This document shows positions 13,138-25,784 of a DNA stretch of 64,000 nt, in pieces (position 1 is the first letter of the stretch; every line of letters starts with the position of its first letter). The position numbers and the translations under genes were made by a program. This DNA is from Octopus bimaculoides. Its lineage: Eukaryota. Below the pieces are notes generated by a model. That model ran no database searches and was not told the DNA's origin. It saw only the letters and a program-made list of their open reading frames with translations. Location of the stretch: contig NC_068992.1 of NCBI RefSeq assembly GCF_001194135.2, positions 12,664,796 to 12,728,795 on the forward strand. Reading direction: 5' to 3'.

Positions 13138-14169
13138 ATCAAGAAACTGAAGCGTATAAATCCAATCTCCAATTTGAATAATAACATGCCGCATTGGGCA
13201 AAATCTTGCAGAGGCACATGATGCAGTGCAGGGCACCGCATTGTGTACCGAATGAACATCAATCATCAGAAAGTGGAAAATACATTCTTTTAGGTCTTGT
13301 TGCAAGTCTACTATCGCATATTTATTTTTAACCAATGATCTATGACACATTCCTCATCCATAATAACGCATATCGCCAGCCACGATATGCTAAATTTAAT
13401 GGCTTTCTGTTTAAAACCGCATTTGAGTGTGCAACAGCTCTGTGTCTCTACATCTTCAGAAAACTCTACGCGGTATTTTTCTAATTACTGTTTGTATGAT
13501 CAAATTGCCAATTGACATTTTCATTTCTATTCGAAACCCTTTTAGCATAACAGATTCTTAAAGGAAGGCATCCCTTTGAACCATATACTCGCTTTTCGTT
13601 CAAGTTCTTTTTTTTTCTGGGAAATCCTTTTCAAAAAGTTTGTAAAATTTGCTACTCCCGATTATTCTCAATACATATTTAATGGTCGTAATATATTATG
13701 CTTCCCCATTACTACATTGCTGCGAATGTAACGTAATTTGAAGTGTCAATATTGGTTGTAATGGCCTTTGCATTAAACATAGTGCTTTATTAATTCCATT
13801 CTAAGGATGATATTACTAAAATATTTACTGGCAAAAACTGATAACTTTTTTTTGGTTTCCCTATTTTGAGAATCGTGTTTGAGAGTTGAGATTCATTTTT
13901 GCACTGATTTTTGGTTTCCTTGCAGTTTGGTTTTCTTGAGGGCTATTATCTCTGATCTTGTAAAGAAAGATTTATTGCAATGAATGTAAAGGTGAAATTA
14001 GGTATATTGTGTCCACAAAATATCAACTTTCTTACCTACGCCACATAATAGCATATCACATAGAACATAACGCAATTCCTAGTTTTAAACTACAATAAAC
14101 GCATTTTTTCAACTAGTATAATGATAACAATGAAGCATCGCAGAGACACCTACAGAGACGTCAGCACCT

Positions 14170-14555
14170 TTAATCCTTTAATTTTTTCGGTCATCACACC
14201 GCAACCATGCTGGAGCAGCGTCTTCAAAAATTTTAGTCCAACGAATCGACCGCAATGCTCTTTTAAAAACCTGTTGATTATTCTATAGATTTTTTTATGA
14301 GCTGATAAGATAAAAGGACGTATATACACCATTAAATGTTGTCAAGCTGTTGATGGGAAAGAAAAACAGACACAACGAGGCACAGATGCGTACCTATTCG
14401 GCGGGGTTCGTTCAGTTTCTGCCTACGAAATGCACGCACAAATCGTTGGTCGTCCGACGTTATAGAATTAGACACATGCGCAACATATCAAGCAGTTGGA
14501 CTGAACCTTGAACAGTGTGGCTGTGAACCGAACGTTTTAAACACAGCTTCGCTGC
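14170..14555 (-). mobile_element. SINE family B, diverged near-full-length copy
   Basis: The reverse complement aligns by eye to 2344-2713 and includes the GCTCCAGCATGG tail motif. Confidence 0.7.
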
Positions 14556-16456
14556 CGCTTTCACACAGTCACACCTTCATATTTCCTTTAATGCTTACAA
14601 CATCTAGCTTTCCTAAGCGATCAACCATCTAGTTACTAAGCAGGTTCAACAATGATTAACAGCGATGATCGGACGGGAGCCGATACTTTCAACGTGATAT
14701 GACCATAAGCATGTTAGCAGGCATAAAATAAATCACAATAATTTTTAATAAACCCACAAGTGCACAGATCGCTGGGGCCCCTCACTCTGACACATAGCTC
14801 GTAATTTATTAAAGCGACAAAGGAAGGACGAAAGATGCAATCTAATTATAGAATATAAATATCTGTTTGACATGCCATAGAATATTTTGTTCAGTCTTAC
14901 TAATAAGCTATTTTGATATTCAAATGTATTGCTTTTTTATTTATACAAGCGATACTTCAAATAATAATTGTATTATTGTAAAGCAATAAGGTAACAAAAA
15001 TTAGAGTTTTAAGAATTAATTAGAGGGGTTCTTAAGCAAAATTATGACTGCTTGTCTATTATGAGATTGAAAGAGTTCAACAGTTTTTCTATTGATTGAA
15101 ATGAGTAAGCGCATAGATATTCCACACGGATGTACTTTTAATTATCTGTTAGGTAAATAAGTAGACAATAATTTGCTTGTATATACGCTGTGAAATTAGT
15201 TTACGATAGAAAGTTCGTTCTGGGTGCAAAACGTAACTGTTTCCGCCTTTCTTGGCATTCAGTTGCTTCACCTGTTGTATTCCATTCGAGATAAACAATC
15301 TCTGAGATTAAGATAATTGTAATAATTACAAACCTGCAAATTTAAGGTTATTCAATAATTTTTAGTTAGGCATATTTAATTCGATAGCGTTCATTCAAAC
15401 ACATCAGTAATTAGCATTCTTTACGTGCGCTCATCTCTATAAATAAGTACATTATTCTATATTTAAATTTGTAGAATACAAATTTAGTATTCTTTGACAT
15501 GAAAAGTTAGTCAGCTAAGACCTCATCGGACTTTTGGACAATGACTTAGACAGCGAAAATTTCAAAGTCACTCCCAATACCATTCCTCTTAATGAATACA
15601 GTGTGTGTGAGTGCGTGTGTGTATGTGAATGTGAGTACGTTTGCATGCGTTTGGGAGTGTGTTTGTGTTTTTGTATGTGTCTGTGTGTCTAACTCATTTT
15701 GGCATGTTTCGGGTGATTCCAGAAAAATCTTAATTCTAATTAAGTTTGTAACGATACATTTAATCAGAAATTATATTTGTGCTAGGTATATATATATCAT
15801 AAAAATATATAAGATAATATATTTTCCGTGACATTTTCTTTGGTTGCAGAATATTTTTTTACTACACTATTGGAACACAGCAATAATTCCTTGCAGTAAA
15901 ATACTAAAAAAAAAAAAAAGAAATGCAGAGTACTGCTTTAAAAATACATAAGTTTTGTTTTAGTCAGTTTCAACACAAACCATCAATCATTTGAAATATA
16001 AAACTATGTATTGTTGGAAAATGAATGGAAGACATCTGATTTATAACACTGCGATGGCTATCTTCTATATATACATACTTAAATGCATACGTACATACAT
16101 ACGTACATAATATGTACACATATACGTCGAGATACACTTACATGCATACAGACATATTTACTGGTTTGTATTATATGCGTGTGACTTAGCACACGTTCAC
16201 ATATAGAGACAACGAAAAGAGAAAAAAATGGATAAAGGTATGTATTTTTAAAAAACATCTGTGTGTATATATTGGCAGAGGGATAGTTGTATATAAACAA
16301 AGTATTTAGGCTAGAAATAAGAAAAAAAAAATAATAATAAGCAAATATGGCAAGAGCGTATATACGTAAACGAATCCGCATCAGTACATTAATCAACCTC
16401 TGCCAGCACATATGCATACTCATATATATACTCATATATATTTATATACATACATG

Positions 16457-16498
<42 letters not shown>

Positions 16499-17063
16499 NN
16501 NNNNNNNNNNNNNNNNNNNNNNNNNNNNNNNNNNNNNNNNNNNNNNNNNNNNNNNNNNNNNNNNNNNNNNNNNNNNNNNNNNNNNNNNNNNNNNNNNNNN
16601 NNNNNNNNNNNNNNNNNNNNNNNNNNNNNNNNNNNNNNNNNNNNNNNNNNNNNNNNNNNNNNNNNNNNNNNNNNNNNNNNNNNNNNNNNNNNNNNNNNNN
16701 NNNNNNNNNNNNNNNNNNNNNNNNNNNNNNNNNNNNNNNNNNNNNNNNNNNNNNNNNNNNNNNNNNNNNNNNNNNNNNNNNNNNNNNNNNNNNNNNNNNN
16801 NNNNNNNNNNNNNNNNNNNNNNNNNNNNNNNNNNNNNNNNNNNNNNNNNNNNNNNNNNNNNNNNNNNNNNNNNNNNNNNNNNNNNNNNNNNNNNNNNNNN
16901 NNNNNNNNNNNNNNNNNNNNNNNNNNNNNNNNNNNNNNNNNNNNNNNNNNNNNNNNNNNNNNNNNNNNNNNNNNNNNNNNNNNNNNNNNNNNNNNNNNNN
17001 NNNNNNNNNNNNNNNNNNNNNNNNNNNNNNNNNNNNNNNNNNNNNNNNNNNNNNNNNNNNNNN

Positions 17064-17116
<53 letters not shown>

Positions 17117-17200
17117 GCAGCAACAAAACCAACAACAACAACAACAACAACAACACCACCAACAACAACAACAACAACAACAATAACAACATCAACTATA
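17064..17200. repeat. (TAA)n/(CAA)n microsatellite next to a gap
   Basis: Read directly from the sequence. Confidence 0.95.
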
Positions 17201-18523
17201 ATAATAGTCAGTGGAGGAAGAGAAACAATATCTCTAAAAAAATTATGAGATATCGAATTCAATGAGATTTTAATATTATCTTCGAAAAATATCGTATAAA
17301 TTAAATACAATATGGCAGAAAGAAATTGTTGTAACTAAAGCACAGAAATAACTACAAAAAAAAAAGAAGTTAACAAACTGTATTTATTCTGTCATGCGTG
17401 AATTAGGACAGGTGAACTGGAACGTATGCAAAGCATGGCAATATGACTCCTTCTTTACTGCTGCGTCAAGATGCTAATGTTTCTCAAGAGGTTGGCGTTA
17501 TGTATTTTTGTTTTCAAATTTTCATTTCGCTGTTTTGTTTACAATATTTGATACGCATGGTATTGTTGATAATATTGTTGCTTTCAGTTCCAGCTGTTTT
17601 TCTTGTTATTAGTGTTTGGTTCTGCTTCCTGTTATCGTTGTTGATGTTTATTCTTCAAAGTAACATAACATAAATAATAATAACATAAACTATCTTTGTA
17701 ATATAATCTTTTTTTAAAGAGTTGTTGGCATATTATTGTATAAATAAAATACACAATTTGAATAAGTATCTAAAACGTTACCACAAAGCGCGTACGCCCA
17801 CACACTTGCATATACACATACACACACTCACAAAAGTGTTATAGATTCATGCACGCATATACATACATATGTAGACATATATATTAATACACTGTACATC
17901 CATGTATATATATTTATATCAGCTCAATTGTCCTATAGAATGCACTTGCGTTTCTCAACCGGCCAGCAGTTAAATAATCATGCGTTAAAAATTTAAATTA
18001 ACACATTTGCTCGCAGAGAGAATTCCTGAATAGGATTGGCATTAATACGGCAATATCACTAGTCTTCCCATGAAAATATTTATATTTAATGCATATAAAT
18101 AGTTATATATTTATATGTTTAGCACTGTTGGGTGCAATAAATTGATTGGCTACGATTTAGAGCATGGCATTCAGAAAAAACGATTACACTTTGAATGAAA
18201 GTGCTACGCTGTATATCTAAACGTGGCTGTCCGATTTTCGAAAGCTCTTAGTAAGAGTAAATTTATTTTCAAATTTAAGCGCGATACAATCCCCAATAAT
18301 CTTGGAATTATAGTGTTTAATCGCATTTCACTAATTTGCTTTACTTGTCTAGAAATCAACATGGGCATCGGTTTATTCCAAACTGCTGGTAAACTCTAAT
18401 GATACGATGTATAGTACACTTTGAACAGCAAGCATTAATGATATCTTACAACCGATATTTCTCAATCTCTCTCTCTTTCTTTCACTCTTTCTCCCTCTGC
18501 CTATCATCTCTCTCTCTCAAAAT

Positions 18524-18550
18524 CTATCTATCTATCTATCTATCTGTCTG

Positions 18551-18589
<39 letters not shown>

Positions 18590-18590
18590 G

Positions 18591-18645
<55 letters not shown>

Positions 18646-18646
18646 C
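18524..18646. repeat. (TCTA)n tetranucleotide microsatellite
   Basis: Read directly; a similar array lies at about 45140-45222. Confidence 0.95.
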
Positions 18647-19064
18647 TCTGTGACATAGTATGGAACGAGGGACTTTTCTTATTTTATGTTATATTCAGAG
18701 TACACATATGTGTGTGTGTGTGTGTGTCTGTTTGTGTGTGTGAGTGCGCGCGCAATCGTGTGTGTGTTCGCGCGTTCGTGGTTATGCGTGCGTGTGTATG
18801 TGTACGTGTGTGTGTATATACTCAAATCTCGTTCAACGAATCAGAGTTCGGAATATCCTCTGTCCAATGTTCCCCTGTAGGTCTCACGTGGGAATACAAA
18901 CATACAAAGGATGTGTCGATCCAGTTGCAATTGTTCCAGGGGTGGTTATAATCATCTGAAATTTTATTGAACCAATCTTTTTCGGTGGCGTGGGGTGAGG
19001 GTTATTTTTTAGAGACCGATGAATATATTGCATATACCAAATTTTATATCAAATTAAACTTAGA

Positions 19065-19500
19065 TATTTATTCGAAACAAAAGGAAATTTACTCAAAAAC
19101 AAAATTGCCATAGAGGGGACAAAGAAAGATAATCAAAGGGATGGAGTCGATTAGAACCACCACAGTGCGTAACTGGTACTTATTTAATCGATCCTGAAAG
19201 GACGGACGAAAGGCAAAGTGGATCTCAGCGAAATTTGAATAATAATACGTAACGTCTGACGAAATACCTATTTCGTTATTGCCCACAAGGGGCTAAACAT
19301 AGAGGGAACAAACAAGAACAGACGAACGGATTAAGTCGATTACATCGACCCCAGTGCGTAACTGGTACTTAATTTATCGACCCCGAAAGGATGAAAGGCA
19401 AAGTCGACCTCGGCGGCATTTGAGCTCAGAACGTAACGGCAGACGAAATACCGCTAAGCATTTCGCCCGGCGGGCTCACGATTCTGGTAGGTCGCCGCCA
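19065..19500 (-). mobile_element. SINE family C, tandem dimer (period about 189 nt)
   Basis: CAGTGCGTAACTGGTACTT at 19163 and 19352; GAAAGGCAAAGT occurs in both units. The head is near 19500. Confidence 0.85.
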
Positions 19501-20149
19501 TGATACAGATTAAAATATTAAAAATACTGAAGAGTATCCGCTGCTTAAAATATGTAGTAGCAACTGCTTCGGTGGTTAACCTAATTTAAATCAGTTTCCG
19601 ATCATTATATATTATTAACGATGATATTTAACACTGACAGATTCTCTTTTCTATACACTACAATAAATCATACTTTTGCATCACTTGTGAAGACACAGAC
19701 CGAGCCACACTGATGATTTTAATAGAGTGTTATAACAGGTTTCACGCATTTTCTCTATTTCAACGTAGAGATTATATGGTTCCCTCTTAACTAATATGCT
19801 TGGTGTATTATGTCTCTACTCTCGGCGAGTCCAATTACCGCCCACGGCGTGCGATAGCGAAAGCTCATTTGAGTGTTTCTTACGTTCTTCAGTATGTGTT
19901 GTTTGTCGATCATTTAACAACATTGCTCTGTACATCCAGAATAAATCTTTCCTTTTCTTTCACGGTATCGAATTAATCTTGCTTTAGTGAATAAATAGTT
20001 CTCACATACTTTGGTTGCATACATCAAAAAACTCTTTTTCTTTAAAAAATAACTTTTGCCATTGCTATTATTCATGTGGAGTGTCCTCCAAAAATCATGT
20101 GAAATATATAATTCATAAATATGTTAGTTGTTGAACCCGAATATGCTAA

Positions 20150-20610
20150 TCCTGAATACCTCTTACACTTCCGTGAGCAGTGAGACATAAATCTTGCTGC
20201 AACTCTTTTGATTCGCAATTCTTCGCTCTAAATTCTTTTGGCGGAGCTCCAGGACACATCAGGCATATCAACAAGTTTGTCAGTTGTTCGGCAACGCTCC
20301 TCCAAAGTCAGCGTCCTTGTAAGCTATATGAACCATTGGCACTTGTTTCAGTTGGCATTTCCTCAGCAGAAAACAGAATTTCACGGAAGCACATTATTCC
20401 GTCGCAAAAATCGGCAAACAGGGGAGAAGCCCTGCAAAACAAAGACGCACTACGAGGGCGCTACAGCGGGCAGGTGTCTGAGGGTCACATCACGTGACGT
20501 CTTGTGGCGGAAGCCTGAACCACAACGGGCTTGCCCCACAGAGAACGTCTCCGGTTACTTTTGGCCACCTCTATGCAATTTCCAAAACCTAACACTACTG
20601 ACTCCGTAAG
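20150..20610. promoter_or_regulatory. GC/CpG-richer island with promoter-like motifs
   Basis: Overlapping CACGTG and TGACGTC (20491-20501). ETS-like GCGGAAG (20507), CGGAAG (20384) and CACTTCCG (20166). Confidence 0.4.
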
Positions 20611-23256
20611 AAGTCATTCAAACAATTTGATCCAGGAAATTGACAAGTGAGCGCAGATAAAATTCGTATTCATAGTAAAAAGAAGTGTTATTCAAGAAAA
20701 CTGATCGATCTCAGTTTTCTGATTTTCTCAGACATCTCCGTTTATTTTGAATTAATGCATATGAATAAATATACTTAAACACAGACAGTGATACTGTTCC
20801 CTACATGTTTATGCCTTTCTGTAGAGATACATATGCATACACGCATGCCATCACACAAACGCACATGCACAGTTATGTGCACGTATTGTTTGGACTGCGC
20901 ATGTTTAACTTTCTACTGATGCTGGGAAAAGGAAAATATTTTTAAGACTTAAGCTTGATTTTCTTCTGTTTATTATATCATAGGACGAATGCTTCATTGA
21001 AGACTTTTACATTTAGTGCACTGAATTTGATGTCAAAATAAGTTTGTCAAGAATTGACTTGGAAAATTACTGTTTAGTTACAAAGCTACATTATTTAGAA
21101 TAAAGAAAAATTAAACATTCTCTTGCTAAGATATCCTGGTTATTTTTCTATTTCTACGCTCTGGCATTTCACCTTTGTTTCAATCTTTATAACCTCCAAT
21201 TTTGCAATTACTTTATTTCATGTGTTTTGCTTGTCCTTTTACTTCAATTCAGTTCTTTTTATCCGTCTTTTTTTTTCTTCAAATTCCTTCGTTTGTTTCT
21301 TGTAGCGTCTCGTTCTCTTACACATTTTTGGTATTTATTCACCGAATTCTCTACTTCACTCCTACTATGCTTCCGTTATAAACTAGATTTTTTTCTACAT
21401 TTTCTTTCATAAAACCAATTGCTACGGCTTCGTTTATTTCCTTTTCTTTAGTTTTCTAATACTATTCTTTATTAAACTTTATGTGACAGAATGTAGCTTC
21501 ATTTTAAGGCAATTTTAAATGGAAAAAGGTACAAACGAAACTTCTTATAGGCTTAAATGAATTTCTGAATGACATTCGAAGAAAATCAATGCAACAGTAC
21601 ATAATAATAAGAAACCATACAGATTCACATCGCACTGCTCACGATCCGATGAGGAAAATTGGACTTTATTTCAAAATTTGACGAGAATTTTAAATTTTAT
21701 TTCTTTACTTTGTTGTAACAGCTTGAGTTATAATAAAACTAGCATCCTAAATTATTTCCAATGTTAACTCATTAATGTAGAGCCATTATAAGGGCGTATT
21801 CTCAGATTTCAATGCAAAACTACAAAACGTATACTATTCACGCACTCTTATAAGTCTAACATCAACATTTATTATACATTTTAATCGGATATGTTATATT
21901 GCATCTTCAAATTATGGCTCGTTGTAATGTGTCGTCGTTAATTTTTTGCAAATATTTTCCACTTATGACATGTCTTAGGACTAAAGATACTATAGCATCT
22001 AAACACTGATCCAAATATTACATATTGACTCCAAGAAAGTTATTACCGCATTTTATTGGCCAGTTACCGGTAATATTGAAAATGGCAAGATTGCATCCAT
22101 TCACTTTTAACGTTTCTATAAAATTTAGATATTATATGTACAAAAGTCAATAGGACTGACAACATTTATAATGTGGTTCCTAACATAATTGTCAGATGCA
22201 TATGATAATATATCTGAAAATTCTCATATTGTCTAATATTGGCCTATTATAAAGTATCGTATAATGACATCAATAAATTATTAATTCCGGATTAACCGAA
22301 TAATTTATCATTCTAAAAGCGCTTAATGGTACTTCAACGCTGATACTAGGCGAATAAGATGATGATCACAGCTCTGAGCTGTTATAGGTTTGAATAGCAA
22401 TTCTGGACTGATATCATATTATGCAAGGCTATACCTAAAGAAATATGATTAAATGGTCCCAATGCCAAATTCTCTCGTATATAGTACTATTGTCAGGATC
22501 ATCCATATGAACATTGTCTGCAGTTTATATTACTGTCTATAATGAATCGTTGTTGAGTATTGCCCGATAAAATTAACTTATAATGACTTAACATTGTAAT
22601 ATAAAGAGGTCTAATTGATAATACCTTTATATGATAGCTAATTACTCATATTTACGGCAATGCCCATTTGTAAATAAGCGACTTATGCCATGTTTGAACA
22701 TAAAGAAAGCATGTATTAAACACTAAAATGTAAAAGTAAAACGTGATTTAGAATAGAATAATATTAGTTGCTGCATTCGGCTAATTTGCCCATAGACTAT
22801 ATTTATAATTAAAGGAACATAATATAATATATTAATGGAAAAATTATGACAATGGAAATTTTGATTTAGACAAATAGAATGTGATTGGATATGTTGAATA
22901 CATGCAAGGTCAATCCCCAATAAGTTCTACTTGTAGAACTTTGGGAAATATTGTGCAAGTCATTAACCGTGTGATATACAGCGCTACAACATAAGCATAT
23001 GTTATGCCATCTACTTTCTCGCATACTTCTGCACGTGCATTATTTTCAATAATTGCGAAATAATTTCAGTTATGAACTTTAGATTGTATTGGATTCTTGT
23101 TTTTATTATGCAAATTATGCTGTTGAATAAACGATACCCACAATTGTACCATGTATTAAAGTCATATGTCCGATGAGGCAAGGGGTGGAAAAGTCTATCA
23201 TAACAATGTCAAATAAGGCACGTCAGCAAGTCTCTTGACTGCAGAAAAACAAACTA

Positions 23257-23462
23257 CAGTAAACACCCGCCATATCGCGGGACACCTATCGCGCACTCAC
23301 TACATCGCGGATGTTTCTGGTTAATATACGTAAATTTATATCGCAGGCCCTTCAATATATCGCGGCTTTATGCAACCGAGTAGTATTAATACTTTTTTAG
23401 ATTTTAATTATTATTGTGTGAGGTTTTGGAACGTAACAACCGCGATAGCCGAGGGGGTAGTG
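23257..23462. mobile_element. Tigger/pogo-like MITE (206 bp)
   Basis: TA|CAGTAAACACCCGCCATATCGCGG ... CCGCGATAGCCGAGGGGGTAGTG|TA, with six ATCGCG-like subterminal motifs and a TA duplication. Confidence 0.75.
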
Positions 23463-23501
23463 TATTGGTCTTTATCTTGGATGCAAGTCAAATTTCAGCT
23501 G

Positions 23502-23572
23502 CTAAATACATCGAAATATTTCCCCTTCACCTTTGCTACCAATCTCCCGTAGTTGCTTGTGAGTATACGTAT
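23502..23572 (-). CDS. Predicted exon E6: (H)TYTHKQLREIGSK, then either donor AAG|GTGAAG at 23530 or read-through GEGEIFRCI-stop (TAG 23504-23502)
   Basis: Strong acceptor ATTATCTTCACTTAG. The phase 1 frame is open and compatible with E5. Confidence 0.55.
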
Positions 23573-23789
23573 CTAAGTGAAGATAATTTAGATAAATGAA
23601 AAATATAACATGTAGCGCATTTAGCATAAGATTTTCAGTCCTTATCCTCATTCAAACATCACAATAAGTATACATACACATACACACACCCAAACACACA
23701 CATAAAAACACACTCACACACACATACACAGACACACACACACACATACATATATACATACATAATAGCATGTACGCATATATATAAAT

Positions 23790-23824
<35 letters not shown>

Positions 23825-24499
23825 CACACACACACACACACACACACACATATGTATATATATATATNNNNNNNNNNNNNNNNNNNNNNNNNNNNNNNNN
23901 NNNNNNNNNNNNNNNNNNNNNNNNNNNNNNNNNNNNNNNNNNNNNNNNNNNNNNNNNNNNNNNNNNNNNNNNNNNNNNNNNNNNNNNNNNNNNNNNNNNN
24001 NNNNATATAGTCAGTTATTTCGTTAGGGTATTCGTGAGAAGGAGAGCAATTGGAAGAAAGGCAATATGTTACGAACATATCGAAAAGTAAATTCATATAA
24101 TACTGCAAAGCATATTCCAGAGTTCGTTCCTCTTAAACCATGTACGTTTTATTCATTTTACGGTGACTATACATTTATTTCAAATGATTCAATAAGTCCC
24201 CTATTAAAGTCTATTCAAATTGTATGAATGTATATTTAATATGTACATTTATCATCGGCGATTAATTTCATGTTCATATGTATGCCCACTCAGGTGAAGA
24301 TACATATATAAACATATACAAAGGCGTATATCACCCCCNNNNNNNNNNCCCCCCCCCCCCACATACCTACATATATATAATGGCGACCAGGTTCATATCC
24401 ACATAGATATCAACCCAAATTAATGGGACTGTTATCGTAATAATTTATGATATTAAACGAAATATTAAAGAAAGAACTCTCGTTGTCAAGTGGACGGTC

Positions 24500-24654
24500 T
24501 TCTTTCAGTTTCCATTTAGGAAATCCACTTAGAAAGCTTTAGTTGGCCCGGAGCTGTAGATAAAGACACTTACACAAGGTGTGAGGCAGTGACAGTGAAA
24601 CCGGACCCATGTGGTTGGGAGGAGAACTTCTTACCACACAATCACGCCCCAGCC
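24500..24654 (-). mobile_element. SINE family B, 5' portion
   Basis: Reverse complement of the head TGTGTGGTAAGAAGTTCTCCTCCCAACCACATGGGTCCGG...CACCTTGTGTAAGTGTCTT. Confidence 0.75.
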
Positions 24655-24772
24655 ATGAGATTCTTTTCATTCGATCCCAGCGCTGGGCACATTATTTGAG
24701 TATCCTTTCCTTAAGGCAAAATTCGACTTTGCAGTCTAATATATGCAATCTAGAGGGAAATTATTGTGATAT

Positions 24773-25166
24773 TGTTGCTGTTGGCTGGCACTCCGTTGCT
24801 TACGACAATGAAGGTTCCAGTCGATCCGATCAACGGAACAACCTGCTCTTGAAATTAACGTGCAAGTGGCTGAATACTCCACAGACACGTGTACCCTTAA
24901 CGTAGTTCTCGGGAATATTCAGCGTGACACAATGTGACAAGGCTGACCCTTTGAATTACAGGCACAACAGAAACAGGAGGTAAGAGTGAGAGAAGGTTGT
25001 GGTGGAAGAGTACAGCAGGGTTCGCCACCATCCGTTGCCAGAGTCTCGTGGTGCTTTAGCTGTTTTCGCTCAATAATCACTCACAACGACCGGTCTGGGA
25101 ATCGAAACCACGATCCTTTGTCCGCGGGTCCGCTGCCCTAACCACTGGGCCATTGCGCCTCCACTT
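24773..25166 (-). mobile_element. tRNA-derived SINE family D, full length with a 9-bp target-site duplication
   Basis: Head GTGGAGGCGCAATGGCCCAGTGGTTAGGGCAGCGGAC, box B-like GTTTCGATTCC, (CAA/CAG) tail. TTGTGATAT flanks both sides (24764-24772 and 25167-25175). Confidence 0.9.
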
Positions 25167-25497
25167 TTGTGATATAATGAACCGGTAATTTGAAAAGGTC
25201 CAACGTTGTCATAATCGATGGTTTATTAATAGTTTCCTTCTTATGTTTACCGGCTAACAAATGAGTATGTACCGTTGTTCATTGAAAAATTAAATGGTTG
25301 TAACTGAAACACGCGGGGATCTATTCTATTTCCTATTATATTACATGAGTCTGTGGAATGTATATTTAATTCATGAGTTGGTAATTATTAGTACAACTGA
25401 ATGCTTAAATGCTAATCACGTAACCGAAGACTTAGTTTGGTAGAAAGTGAGCGACTCGAGTAAGAGCTTGAACTATGTTTGTGAACGTATCTATTTC

Positions 25498-25720
25498 TAC
25501 GATTGGGTGCTTAAAAGCTCTGGCCTTAAGGGTATCGCAAAAAGGACTGGATGAAGTTCCGACACTCGAGGTCTTTTACGAGGCTTGGAAACATGAAGGA
25601 CCGCTGTAAAAAGAGTTCGAATCTAAGAGATGAATATATGAAATAAAATGATAATTAACTTATCCTCCATTATATTTTTTTAACCAGAGCCAGGAACTTT
25701 TCAACATCTCCTCGGTCATA
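25498..25720. mobile_element. Mariner-type MITE (about 220 bp)
   Basis: Degenerate TIRs (TA)CGATTGGGTGCTTAAAAGCTCTGGC and GCCAGGAACTTTTCAACATCTCCTCG, TA at the ends, no ORF. Confidence 0.7.
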
Positions 25721-25725
25721 CTTAC

Positions 25726-25784
25726 GCAACTTTTTCATCCTGTTGTCTTCCAGTCTCTTTGGATCAGCTTCGATTTCGATGACA
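25726..25784 (-). CDS. Predicted exon E5: (N)VIEIEADPKRLEDNRMKKL+C
   Basis: Acceptor CTTGTGCTTTTACTACAG, donor TGC|GTAAGT. 59 nt; only one frame is open, and it is the phase 2 to 1 frame that E4 requires. Confidence 0.7.

Noticed and set aside
21120-21460. K/E-rich coiled-coil-like translation on the minus strand
   Set aside because: Multiple stops and frameshifts; explained by purine skew and not assignable.
24334-24360. Poly-C run interrupted by 10 Ns
   Set aside because: Most likely a homopolymer sequencing failure; the true length is unknown.
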